NCBI RefSeq assembly: GCF_964355755.1 | Contig: NC_092671.1 | Location: forward strand, 26,300,070-26,364,069 | Length of the DNA: 64,000 bases | Direction of reading: 5' to 3' | From: Antedon mediterranea | Taxonomy: Eukaryota; Animalia; Echinodermata | Shown: piece by piece, positions 53,176 through 64,000 of the stretch | How positions within the stretch are numbered: the stretch's first letter is position 1 | Layout of the letters: each line of letters opens with the position of its first letter | Notes under the pieces: generated by a model | Databases searched by the model: none | Told to the model about the DNA's origin: nothing | Seen by the model: only the letters and a program-made list of their open reading frames with translations | Translations under genes and position numbers: made by a program

Positions 53176-54625
53176 ATGGCTCGTGCAAAAAGTGCTGCAC
53201 AAAGACGAAAAGAGCAGAAAATGAAACAACGAGAGGTCCGTGCCTGTCAATCTCAAGAGAAGTTAGAAGAAACTCGCAAAAAATCTAGGGAAAGAATGGC
53301 TCTAAAACGAAAGGCTGAAACACAGGACGAAAGAAATTTGAGGATCAAAAAGGAGAAATTAACTATGGAAACAAATAGGGCAAAGGAGACTGAGGAAACA
53401 ACTAAGAAAAGGCTTGATGGAGAAAAACGTGCAGTGGCCGAAAGACGTAAACAAGAGACTGGGAACCAGACTAAGGAAAGACTTAAGGGAGAAAAACGTG
53501 CATTGTCTGAAAGACATAAACAAGAGACTGGGAACCAGACTAAGGAAAGGCTTGAGAGAGAAAAACGTGCAGTGTCTGAAAGACGTAAACAAGAGACTAG
53601 TCAACAGACTACGGAACGACTTGAGAGAAAAAAAACTCAGAGAATCTGAAAGACGGAAAAAGGAGACTGGTGTACAGAGAACACTGAGGCTTCGGGAAAA
53701 AGGACTACCGAGTCACTAAGACGTGAAAACGAGTGCTCGGACAAACGGTCGAAAAGACTGAAAAATAGCCGATTAACAATGCAAAATATAAAACAACTAA
53801 GACGTACAAAAATACCTAGTAACGATGATATTGTGTCCGATTTTTTGAAAAATGTTAAGGATTCGGTAGATTATGTGTGCTGCTCTTGTCACCGGATGAT
53901 GTTCAGAATAACGGTTGTTGAATTACATGGCGATCGCTACCCAAAAGCTAAACCATCAATGCTGGAAAATGTACTGTCATACAGAATCACATCGGCTCGT
54001 GGGAAACAATGGATTTGCAGAACTTGTCATTTAACACTCAAACGAGGAAAAATGCCCACGCAAGCAAAAGCTAATAATTTGTCTTTGACTGACCAACCAC
54101 GAGCGCTAAAACATTTGAATGCTCTTGAACTGAGATTGATATGTCAACGAGTTCCTTTCATGAAGATGGTTGGGTTGCCTCGTGGAAAACAACATGGTAT
54201 CCATGGTCCCGCAGTCAATGTACCAGCAAAACTTGATACAGTATGTTCTTTATTTCCACGATTACCATCGGAGACACAACTAATTCCAATGAAGTTTAAA
54301 AGAAGTTTAAAACATTCCTCGCATTATATCTATGACTATGTTGATATCGGACGAGTATTAACAGCTTTGAGATACTTGAAAAGAAACAATGTGTGGTACC
54401 GCGAGATCGATATCAGAGACAATTGGGTTTTGGATGCTGAAAACGATGACAAAGAGCTCTTTCAAGTTTTAGTATGTACCGGTTCAGATAAAAAATCAGA
54501 TGAGAATCTAAAAACACCCGATGAAAACAGTGACTCAGAAAATGACGGTCAAAGTGGTGGTGAGAAATTTGACCAAGCTTGCACATGCACTGAGGTTGCT
54601 GAACAATTGGAATACCCAAGACTAC
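53176..54625 (+). mobile_element. Helentron/Helitron2 remnant 2 (N-terminal STPR-like repeats plus DUF6570-like region), truncated by a LINE
   Basis: 69-bp repeats; YVCCSCHRMMF..WICRTCH..LNALELRLICQRVPF..GPAVNVP..ALRYLKRNNVWY; homologous to remnant 1; frameshifts at ~53640-53710. Confidence 0.88.
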
Positions 54626-54631
54626 TATAAA

Positions 54632-55435
54632 ATGATTGTCAGTATAATTATAAATACCATTGTTCTCGTACCAATTGCATTCAAGCTACTTATTATAGCC
54701 GGTGATATAGAAACAAATCCGGGTCCTATAGAAACCAGACAAACAACAATTAAAGAATCAATGGGAATGGAACCTTCATTGAAAGATGTTTTGAAACAAC
54801 TTAACGATATGAATACAGTTTTAAACGATAAAATGGATAGGATAGCTTCTGATTTCGCTTCAATTAAAGGAGATATGTCGAAAGGATTTGACAGGCTAAC
54901 TAAAAAAATAACTGATTTGGAAGAAGAAAATATAAGACTAAAAAACACAAACAAAGTTATAACTACACAACTAGATAAACTAGAAGCTGAAAGTCGTCGT
55001 AATAACATCATTATTTATGATATCCCTGAAGATGATAGAAATGAAACGTGGCTTGACTGCGAACGAAAGGTAAAGGATTATATAACAACAAATTTAGAAA
55101 TCGAAGAGGTCGCTTTCGAGAGAGCGCATAGATTGCACAGCAAAAGTAACCCACGACCAATCATAGCAAAACTTACTAGCTACAAACAAAAAGATGAAAT
55201 AATGTCCAAAAATAGAGCACTCAAAAGGAAAATGACTGGAAATAAATCAAAAATTAACATGGGTGAAGATTATACTTTCAGAGTCCGTAAAATTAGAAAA
55301 GGCCTACAACCAAGGATACAACAAGCAATCAAAAACAACGATCGTTTTCGGCTCAGATATGATAAGCTGTTTATAGGCGACGAAGTATATACATTCAACG
55401 TAGAAGACAACAAAATCATAAACCTCACAAAATAG
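54632..55435 (+). CDS. LINE ORF1p: N-terminal 2A-like peptide, coiled coil and RRM-like (L1 ORF1-type) domain
   Basis: FKLLIIAGDIETNPGP; LEAESRRNNIIIYDIPE; FERAHRL..PRPIIAKL; EDYT..VR..R. Confidence 0.88.
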   Translation: MIVSIIINTIVLVPIAFKLLIIAGDIETNPGPIETRQTTIKESMGMEPSLKDVLKQLNDMNTVLNDKMDRIASDFASIKGDMSKGFDRLTKKITDLEEENIRLKNTNKVITTQLDKLEAESRRNNIIIYDIPEDDRNETWLDCERKVKDYITTNLEIEEVAFERAHRLHSKSNPRPIIAKLTSYKQKDEIMSKNRALKRKMTGNKSKINMGEDYTFRVRKIRKGLQPRIQQAIKNNDRFRLRYDKLFIGDEVYTFNVEDNKIINLTK

Positions 55436-58400
55436 GGTTTTGGCCGTGGTCCTAATGAAGAACAATCTGAGACATCTTTGAAAGTCACTAAACACATTGA
55501 TTGTATTTCTTGGAATATTAACGGTATTAATAACAAATTCGCTGATTCTGACTTTATTGAGTATGTTAACAAATTTGACATAATTTGTTTTAGTGAAACA
55601 TGGGATAAATATCGGAACGATTACAATATTAAAGGTTTTACTTGCATATCAAAATTACCAGATAAAACAAGTCGACATGGAAGAAATAGTGGAGGCGTAA
55701 TGGTATATTATAAATTAAATCTCGTCGTTGAAGAACTGCCAAGTGCATCGAATAACATTATTTGGTTAAGGATTACTCTTTCCCCAACCGACACTGTTGT
55801 AATCGGTTTTTTGTATAGACCACCAAGTACATCCAGTTACGCGACAACTGACTTTTTTGACATTTTATCTAACGAATATTTGCATTACAGCTCCCAAATA
55901 TCAGACATAGTATATGTAGTTGGCGACTTTAATGGTAGAACTGGTTCGGAGGACGATTACATATCTGCTGACGAAAATGACACATGGAACAATAATCTAT
56001 TTCTGGAAGACAACATCCGGATTGAAAGTAGAACGAATTCTGATTGTATACTAAATTGCTACGGTAAAGATATATTAGAATTTTGCAAAGAAACTGGTAT
56101 GCGAATCACAAATGGTAGAATTGATAAAGAATCATCCAGTGGTTTTACATTTATCAGTTCACAAGGTAAAAGTGTATGTGATTACCTTCTTACTAACTCA
56201 AACAACTTTAAACTAATATCTTATTTAAGAATTGATGACCGTGTTGAATCGGATCATATGCCAATTGCCTTTAGTATTCAATTCAAAGACAAAGAACACA
56301 CCAAAATGATTGTCAATGAAGATGACACGTTTACCCAGAGTACGTTCAAATGGTCCAACAGTTACATTAATGCATCCAAAGTCAGATGGGAACATGATAT
56401 CATTGAAACTATTGATAATGATTTTATGAATGCTATCTCTCAAAATAAAATTGATGAGGCAGTTTCACATTTATGTAAAATTTTTGAATACGTATGTAAA
56501 GGAATTAAGTATACACAAACAAGTAAATCTTCAACTTCTACAAAACGAAACGAATGGTTTGATAAAGATTGTAAGAACCTTAAAATGCAGGTTAAACAAT
56601 CATTAAAGAGATTTAGAATTATGCGCACTCAACCTTTTTTAAATAATTATATTCAGATAAAAAAGCAATATAAATCGCTATTAAAATGCAAAAAAAATAA
56701 CTTTCATAAAAGAATACGCAAACAAATTATCGATTCACTCAATACAAAGGATAGCAAAACGTTTTGGATGAAGTTGAAGACAAAACAGAAATTATCTTGC
56801 GAACTTTCTATTAATCAATGTTATATTCATTTTAAGAACCTATTTAAAAACGATGAGTCTATTGGTAGCGCTGAGTTGCCAAAAATCACAGAATGCCAAC
56901 AGAATGAAGACGATGATAATTTAGACCACGACATAACGTTGGATGAAATAAAAAAAGCATTTAATTCTCAAAATAGTGGAAAAGCTCCCGGCATTGATGG
57001 AATGAATTTTGAATTTTTGCTAAACGCCCCCAACATTATTTTTGATATTTTAAAAATTCTTTTTAACGCCATATTTTTAGTTGAAAAATTTCCCAAACAA
57101 TGGGCAACAAGCTTAATCGTTCCAATTTTTAAAAATGGAGATAAAAACAAACCTGAAAATTATAGAGGTATTTCTTTAATTCCAATCCTAGGAAAAATAT
57201 TTTTAAATATTCTTAATTCTAGGTTAACACAATTTACAAATAGTAAAAAGTTAATTCATGAGGAACAAGCAGGCTTTCGTAAGGGATATAGAACGACAGA
57301 TAATATATTCATTTTAGATACCCTCATCTCTAAATACTTAGATAAAAAGCGGGGTAGGATTTTTGTTTGTTTTGTTGATCTTAAACGTGCCTTTGACTCT
57401 ATAAATCATACACTTTTACTACATAAGTTGAAATTTATCGGTGTTTCAGGCAGAATGTTACACATAATAAATTCCTTATACCAAAACTTATCTGCTCATG
57501 TTAAAATTGGCAACAAACTTAGTCCATCTTTTAATTGTTCGATTGGAGTACAACAAGGTTCTCCGTTGTCGTCTTTACTCTTTAATATTTACATTAATGA
57601 TTTGAGTGGTATACTTAATCAAGTAAACGATTTCATTCAAATTGGAGATTGTCATATGAATCATCTTCTTTATGCAGATGACTTAGTGCTTGTTAGTGAT
57701 ACGGTGAAAGGTCTCCAAAAATTAATAAATAAACTTGAACTTTATTGTGATACTTGGAAACTTACTGTAAACACTACAAAATCCAAAATTATGGTTTTTT
57801 AAAATGGCCGCAATTTAAGGAACATTGAAAAATGGAAGTATAAAAATATTCAATTAAAAATTGTTAATTCGTATAATTATCTTGGTGTTATTTTTAGTTC
57901 AAATGGTGCATGGAACAACTCAATGCAACATAATCAACAAAAAGCAAATCAAAGTTTATTCTGCTTAAAATCATTCATTTATCGTAACTTATCTTTTCTT
58001 CCAATTAATACATGGAACCATATTTTTGATGTGAAAATACTTCCTATTTTAACGTATGGAAGCGAAATCTGGGGAATGTCAGATAGCACAAACATTATAG
58101 AAAAAACACATACTAAATTTTGTAGATATTTATTGCAAGTTGCAAAAAATGCACCAAATGCCGCTGTTACTTCTGAGTTAGGTAGATTACCACTTTCTGT
58201 GGATTGTTTAGTTACAGTTATAAGATTTTGGTTACATATTATTACTTTAGATCATGACAGATTCATTTTTAAGTGTTATGAGTTTCAACTTAGAAAAGTT
58301 AACCGTAATGAGAATTGTTGGGCACAACAGGTCAAACACTTACTCTTTTCTACTGGTTTTGGTTATATATGGTTACAACAATATGTTAATAGTAAAGGTT

Positions 58401-58867
58401 TATTTTTGAGAGAATTTAAGTTGCGCTTATGTGATATTGAAAAACAAAAATGCATTCAAAAATTTAGTTCACATAATAAGTTAAGGCTCTTTTCTCTTTA
58501 TAAAAAAGAAATATGTTTAAGTTATCACTTGACCAACATCATTAATTTTAAACAAAGAAGATTATTAACTAAGTTACGTTTAGGGATATTAGAGCTAGAA
58601 ATTGAAAAGGGCAGATGGGAGGGTGTAGAAAGATATAAGAGAACGTGTAAATTATGTAAAAAAAACATTGTTGAGGATGAATATCATTTTATTTTGCAAT
58701 GCACATTTTACAATGATTTAAGAAAAAGTTTTATTCCAAGATTTATTCGTGTTTTTCCTTCTATTAATAAGCTTTGTTTATTACTTTCCAACACAAATTT
58801 TACTTATAATTTAGGAAAATACGTCTACTTTGCTTTTGAAAGAAGAAACCATTATCTTAAGTTATAG
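55436..58867 (+). CDS. LINE ORF2p: AP endonuclease, reverse transcriptase and Cys/His finger; one in-frame TAA at 57800-57802
   Basis: SWNING, FSETW, GDFNGR, DY, SDHMP; KAPGIDG, QAGFR, FVDLKRAFD, QQGSPLS, YADD, YLGV; CKLC..EDEYHFILQC. Confidence 0.93.
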
Positions 58868-58883
58868 TTAATTTGTATTTGTA

Positions 58884-61400
58884 TACAGGTTTCTAATAGC
58901 CAACATAGGACTGTTTAGTAAATCTCAAAATCACACCTGTATCACTCACCTTCAAAGTATGCAAATTATTAGTACAAGTTACATGAAATATGCAAATTAG
59001 AGGGTGAAATTAAAGGTTCCTATATATCGAAAACCACTAAGGCTAAAGAGTTGATTTTTCAATAACTTGTTCAGAATGTACATATTTATATTTACTCTAA
59101 TGAAACATTTTACGAAAAAATGACCGGAAATACAACAATTGACCCTCGACCCCATTTATCAATGTTTGCATACATAATGCGACTAAAATGTCTGTAGAGA
59201 CTTTGTTTTGGACTCAAATAACTCGGATACATGTTTCCTATAGTCAGCATAAGACCGCTTTGTAATTCCCAAAATCACGCCTTCGTTTTGGCATGGTTGG
59301 AATTCCCTTTTTTCGTATTAGTTTATGTACAGCGCTTAGAGGTTTCACAACATTAGGCGCTATATAAATCCAGGATATTATTATTATTATTTCTCAATAT
59401 TTGCATATAATGCAACTAAAATGTATGTACAGACTTTGTTTTGGCCTCAAATGACTCGGATACAGGTATTATATAGCCAGTATAAGTCAAGCACCTCGAA
59501 AGTATGCAAATTAGTAGTACAAGCTATATGAAATATGCAAATTACAGTGAATTGCCTTATGTATCTCGAAAACGCTAATGACCGAGAGAGAGGGGTATGG
59601 CAACTTTCTTGTACTACTGATTTGCATACTTTCAAGCGAAGTAACAGAGGTGTGATTTTGAGAATTACTAAACAGTTCTATGCTGGCTATAGAAAACCTG
59701 TATCTGGGTCATTATTGAAAAAAAAAATTATCGAAAGTATGACATTTGACCCTCAAACCTATTTCTCAATATTTGCATATAATGCAACTAAAATGTAAGT
59801 ACAGACTTTGTTTTGGCCTCAAATGACTTGGATACAGGTTTTATATAGCCAGCATAGGATTGTTTAGTAATTCCAAAAGTCAAGCAACTCAAAAGTATGC
59901 AAATTATTAGTACAAGTTATATGAAATATGCAAATTACAGCCTTATGTATCTCGAAAAAAGCTAATGACCGATAGAGATATGGCAACTTTCACCTCTTGT
60001 ACTACTAATTTACATATTTTCTAGGGAAGTAACAAAGGTGTGATTTTGAGAATTACTAACAGTTCTATGCTGGCTATAGAAAACCTGTATCTGAGTCATT
60101 TGAGGCCAAAACAGTCTGTACAGATATTTTAGTTGAATTATATGAAAATATTGAGAAATAGGGTCAAGCGTCAAATGTCATAATTCAATCAAGACAATTT
60201 TTGCGTAAAATGTTTCATTACAGCGAATATAAATATGTACATTCTGAATCAACTCTGAATTCAAATCAACTCTCTAGCATTAATGGTTTTCGAGATATGG
60301 GAAGACTGTAATTTCACCCCTAATTTGCATATTTCATGTAACTTGTACTAATAATTTGCATACTTTCAAGGTATGTGACAAAGATGTGATTTTGGGAATT
60401 ACAAAGAGGTCCTATGCTGACGATAGGAAAACTGTATCCGAGTCATTTGAGTCCAAACAAATTATCTAGACATTTTAGTCGCATTATGTATGCAAACATG
60501 GATAAATAGGGTCAAGGGTCAATTGTTGTATTTCCGGTCATTTTTTCGTAAAATGTTTCATTAGAGCAAATATAAATATGTACATTCTGAACATGTTTTT
60601 GAAAAAATCAACTCTCTACCTTAGCGGTTTCGATACATATAGGAACCTGTAATTTCAACCCCTAATTTGCATATTTCATGTAACTTGTACTAATAATTTG
60701 CATACTTTGAAGGTGAGTGATACAGGTGTGATTTTGAGATCTACTAAACATTCCTATGTTGGCTATTAGAAACCTGTATCCGAGTCATTTGAGGGCAAAA
60801 TAAAGTCTCTACAGACATTTTAGTTTTCATTATATATGCAATATTGAGAAATGGGGTCGAGGGTCAAATGTCATAGTTCCGGGAATTTTTTTGTAAAATG
60901 TCTCATTACAGCAAATATAAATATATACATTTTAAATATTTTAGTGAAAAAATCAACACTCTAGCATTAGCGGTTTTCGAAATATGGCAACGCTGTAATT
61001 TCACTCCCTAATTTGCATATTTAATATTACTTGTACTACTAATTTGCATACTTTCGAGGTGCGTGACGAAGTTGTGATTTTGGGAATTATAATACAGTTC
61101 TATGGTGGGTATTGAAAAACAATATCCAAGTCATTGAGTCCAAAATAAAGTCTCTAAAGACACTTTAATCACGTATTTATGTAAATATTGAGAAATGGGG
61201 TCAAGGGTCAAAATTTGGTACTTCCGGACACTTTTGTGTAAAATGTCTCATTAGAGCAAATATAAATATATATATTCTGAACCAGACTGTGCAAAAATGG
61301 ACTCTCTACGATTAGTAGTTTTTAAGATATGGTAACCCTGTAATTTCACCCTAATTTGCATATTTAAGCTAATTTGCATACCTTCGGGATGAGTGTCAGA
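58884..61400. repeat. ~345-bp satellite in alternating orientations (fold-back)
   Basis: 58884-59285 is approximately the reverse complement of 60385-60780; unit marker at 60320, 60661, 61008 and 61351; strand switches near 59590, 59715 and 59975. Confidence 0.9.
59295..59391 (+). mobile_element. L2/CR1-type LINE 3' tail inside the satellite
   Basis: GTACAGCGCTTAG..AGGCGCTATATAAAT stem-loop followed by (TAT)n. Confidence 0.6.
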
Positions 61401-61773
61401 GGTGTGATGCTCAAAAAATAATCACCTTATCATATGTAACCATTTAAAAAAAAAAATCTCTGTTTGCAATTTGTTTCACTCAAAATGCTAGATTGACTAG
61501 CCTATAAGTAAAGTTGTTGAAACTAAGTTTTGGAAAGATGTTACTGGTTTAGCTTCCAGCGAAGAACTGGTGCGGTTTATTTGGATGTGTTGTTATAGTA
61601 TCTGTACACGTGCGCTGTGTTCGATACGCAGAACACGCAATGACGCAATACTTCCACATTACAAGGTTGAGCATGCGCAACGACCACATGATGTAGTTAG
61701 TATGCTAACTAAGTAGTGAACTGGGTGAACATGAAAGGTAGAATACAATAAGTAGTAAAGATAAGGTAAAGCT

Positions 61774-61884
61774 AACATGGCTGCAGTCGCATGCTCAAGT
61801 TAGCGTTTACCGACCAACCGAACGACCGACCAACCGACAGACATAGTGAGCTGTAGAGTCTCGTTGCACGCACGCGACTAAAAA
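61774..61884 (-). mobile_element. HINE/DINE-like element, copy 4
   Basis: ATGGCTGCAGTCGC..(GACC)n..CATAGTGAGCTGTAGAGTC..GCGACTAAAA. Confidence 0.75.
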
Positions 61885-62677
61885 CAGCCCAACTGTATAT
61901 CTGTTCAACATCATTATGAAAAGCAATTTCTCCACAAAACTATTCAAATAAATACAAGTTGAACTAGGGTGTGTGATCCAAGTTGCTTTTAATTTCATAA
62001 GTATAATAATTGTTATTATTATAAAAATATATATATGATAATTCCCTGATTATATTCTGATACACTAGTGCTAATCGATTTAAAGGTAAATGATATAATA
62101 CTTCATACTGTTAATTTCAATATTCTTTATTATTGATTTATTTGAATAAACGTTTACTCGAGAGAGAAGTTTATTCAAGGGGGAATTTATTTAAAATGCT
62201 GTTCTATTTCTATTTCTATTTCAGTGAATAATGTATTATCTGATTTTATTCTAATTCAGGTCTACATATAAATAATATATAGATCTAATCAATTTTGAGG
62301 TAAATGATATAATATTTCATACTGTTATTTATGTACGTTTCATCAATAATTACAACTTTGTGTTCATAGTTTTATTTCTATTTTTATCTAAGTAAACTTA
62401 AAAGTACAATGTTTACAGTTTACTTTCTTTATTTAATATTTTATGTATTTCATTATTCATTTTTGTTTCAAAAAGCAATTGTCGAATAGAATAATTAAAA
62501 GTATCGTCTTAATGCATTTACATTTCAATTATCTTAAACAAAAAGCAATAAAAAAAAGGTGTTTTAATCTATTGAAATACAATGTGAATAAATTACATAA
62601 ACTGATTATTGTCTTATTTTATGATCAAATTGTGGGCATTCTTTTGTCTGCTTTATTACATGTCTCATCTATTCCAT

Positions 62678-63618
62678 TTACGAGTTCTTTTGTGGAATCT
62701 TAATCGTAACCTGAAAGATAAGAATCAACTTCAAAATAAATATTTAAATATATGTTATGCTTACCTTAAAGATGTATAGTCCCCTGAAAAATAATTCTTT
62801 AAATATTTTTTGTTGAATATTTCATTTTAATGTAACATAATAGTTATCCACTTTGACCAAAAATTCGATGGAAAAAAATGTATTTACCTGAAAAAATGTA
62901 AATTAGAGCAAAACAATAGTCAAATTGGCTGCCAGCCAATGGATTTTTGGTTGAATTTAACCATTTATTTTGTCATTTTACAAGTGAAAACATTTTTTTT
63001 TTTCTTTTTTATTTCTATGGAAGTGATTAACTTTATTAAAACTTCAAAATAACATATTCAAAGTCTGATTTAATTCATCATAATTTTTCATGTTTTTGGG
63101 GGACAATACATCTTTAAGTGATGCTTACCTTCAGGCGAAATAAGGAGTACTTCTCGTATTGGCTGCCTCCTTAGTAGGGCTGTTAGGAGGAGCAATCTTT
63201 TAAATTATGAAACTTGGCCATTTTGAAATCCAAAACATTGTACACTAAAACATACTTCTCTTTGTTTTTATGTGCTAGTTATATGTTCGTTTAAAAGTGT
63301 TGGGTTTGAAACAATGAGTTAAGGTAAAGAATTCCATCTGTTAATGATGCGTATATCAAAGAAAGGTGTAAAATGGTCGGTATAATTTTGGAAAATGAAA
63401 AAATAACTTGCTCATTTTCAGTAATCCCAGTTCCCACAATTGTCCCTTGTGGAACGAATAAAGTACATTGAATTAAATTTATATATTGAATAGCTTTACT
63501 TACAGTTTTAACTTCAGTATAGTTTTCAAGACCATACTCTCCAAGTTCACGTCCAGTTCCGGACATTTTGTAACCACCAAACGGTGCAGCTGCCTGGAAT
63601 ACATCATAACAGTTCACC
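62678..63618 (-). CDS. ALDH2: Aldehyde dehydrogenase (ALDH1/2 family), last two coding exons: 63618-63504 and 62710-62678; gene continues beyond the window end
   Basis: (W)[38 protein letters not shown]|[10 protein letters not shown]; ttcag| and |gtaagt splice sites; C-terminus matches the ALDH2 PQKNS ending; AATAAA at 62652-62657. Confidence 0.92.
62770..63113. mobile_element. Kolobok-like MITE in the last ALDH intron
   Basis: TIRs AGATGTATAGTCCCC / GGGGACAATACATCT with TTAA on both flanks. Confidence 0.85.
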
Positions 63619-63771
63619 CTGAAAGCCAATGGAAACATGAAAAATATCATGGTTAATTTTTAGTGACAGTAGAAGTTGAATTAGGCTTATAAATGAATCG
63701 CATATATATCAATCATTAACATTAAATATAAAAAAATGATTTTGAACCACATGCATTACTGTGTTTGACCA

Positions 63772-63789
63772 TAAATAAATTAAATGAAA

Positions 63790-63833
<44 letters not shown>
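63772..63833. repeat. (TAAA)n microsatellite
   Basis: Direct inspection. Confidence 0.9.
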
Positions 63834-63834
<1 letters not shown>

Positions 63835-64000
63835 ATTGGTAGGCCTACTTTTTACCAATTAATATACTTCTTTGCATTGGGAAAAGTATTTCAAACAACT
63901 TGTAATATAAAACACTCAATGAATTGTTGCAGAGAGGGGTTTGGGAGAAACGTAAATGCATATTAACAGATTCATTGTATTCATGTGAACAAATTCGTCT

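Larger units (their letters stand above)
54626..58880 (+). mobile_element. Near full-length LINE (ORF1 plus APE-RT ORF2; RTE-X/CR1-group-like, clade unresolved)
   Basis: ORF1 and ORF2 in the standard order; only one internal stop in ORF2; 3' UTR/tail replaced by satellite. Confidence 0.95.

Noticed and set aside
63291-63650. 119-aa ALDH ORF as listed in the track
   Set aside because: Only 63504-63618 is exon; the rest is intron read-through

Overview
AT-rich animal genomic DNA with spliceosomal introns. The host is probably a marine invertebrate; an echinoderm is a guess from repeat content and cannot be shown from this window. Host genes I can support: (i) a tandem pair of intact 4-exon minus-strand paralogues (36.8-38.7 kb and 39.8-43.6 kb), each encoding a 242-aa protein with two predicted ABM/dimeric alpha-beta-barrel-like domains, whose N-terminal domain resembles bacterial cofactor-independent anthrone oxygenases (SnoaB/AknX type); (ii) the last two coding exons of an ALDH2-like gene (62.7-63.6 kb); (iii) a weakly supported plus-strand spliced transcript (18.4-25.9 kb). 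The 45-61.5 kb block is a transposon nest. It holds two head-to-head Helentron/Helitron2 remnants (23-aa STPR-like repeats, DUF6570-like region, OTU, Rep) interrupted by three LINEs, followed by a fold-back satellite. One LINE is near-intact and carries a 2A StopGo motif plus an in-frame ORF1-TAG-ORF2 junction. The rest is HINE/DINE-like elements, MITEs, a SINE, a Penelope remnant with a hammerhead ribozyme, and micro/minisatellites. All calls come from reading the sequence by eye; no searches were run.
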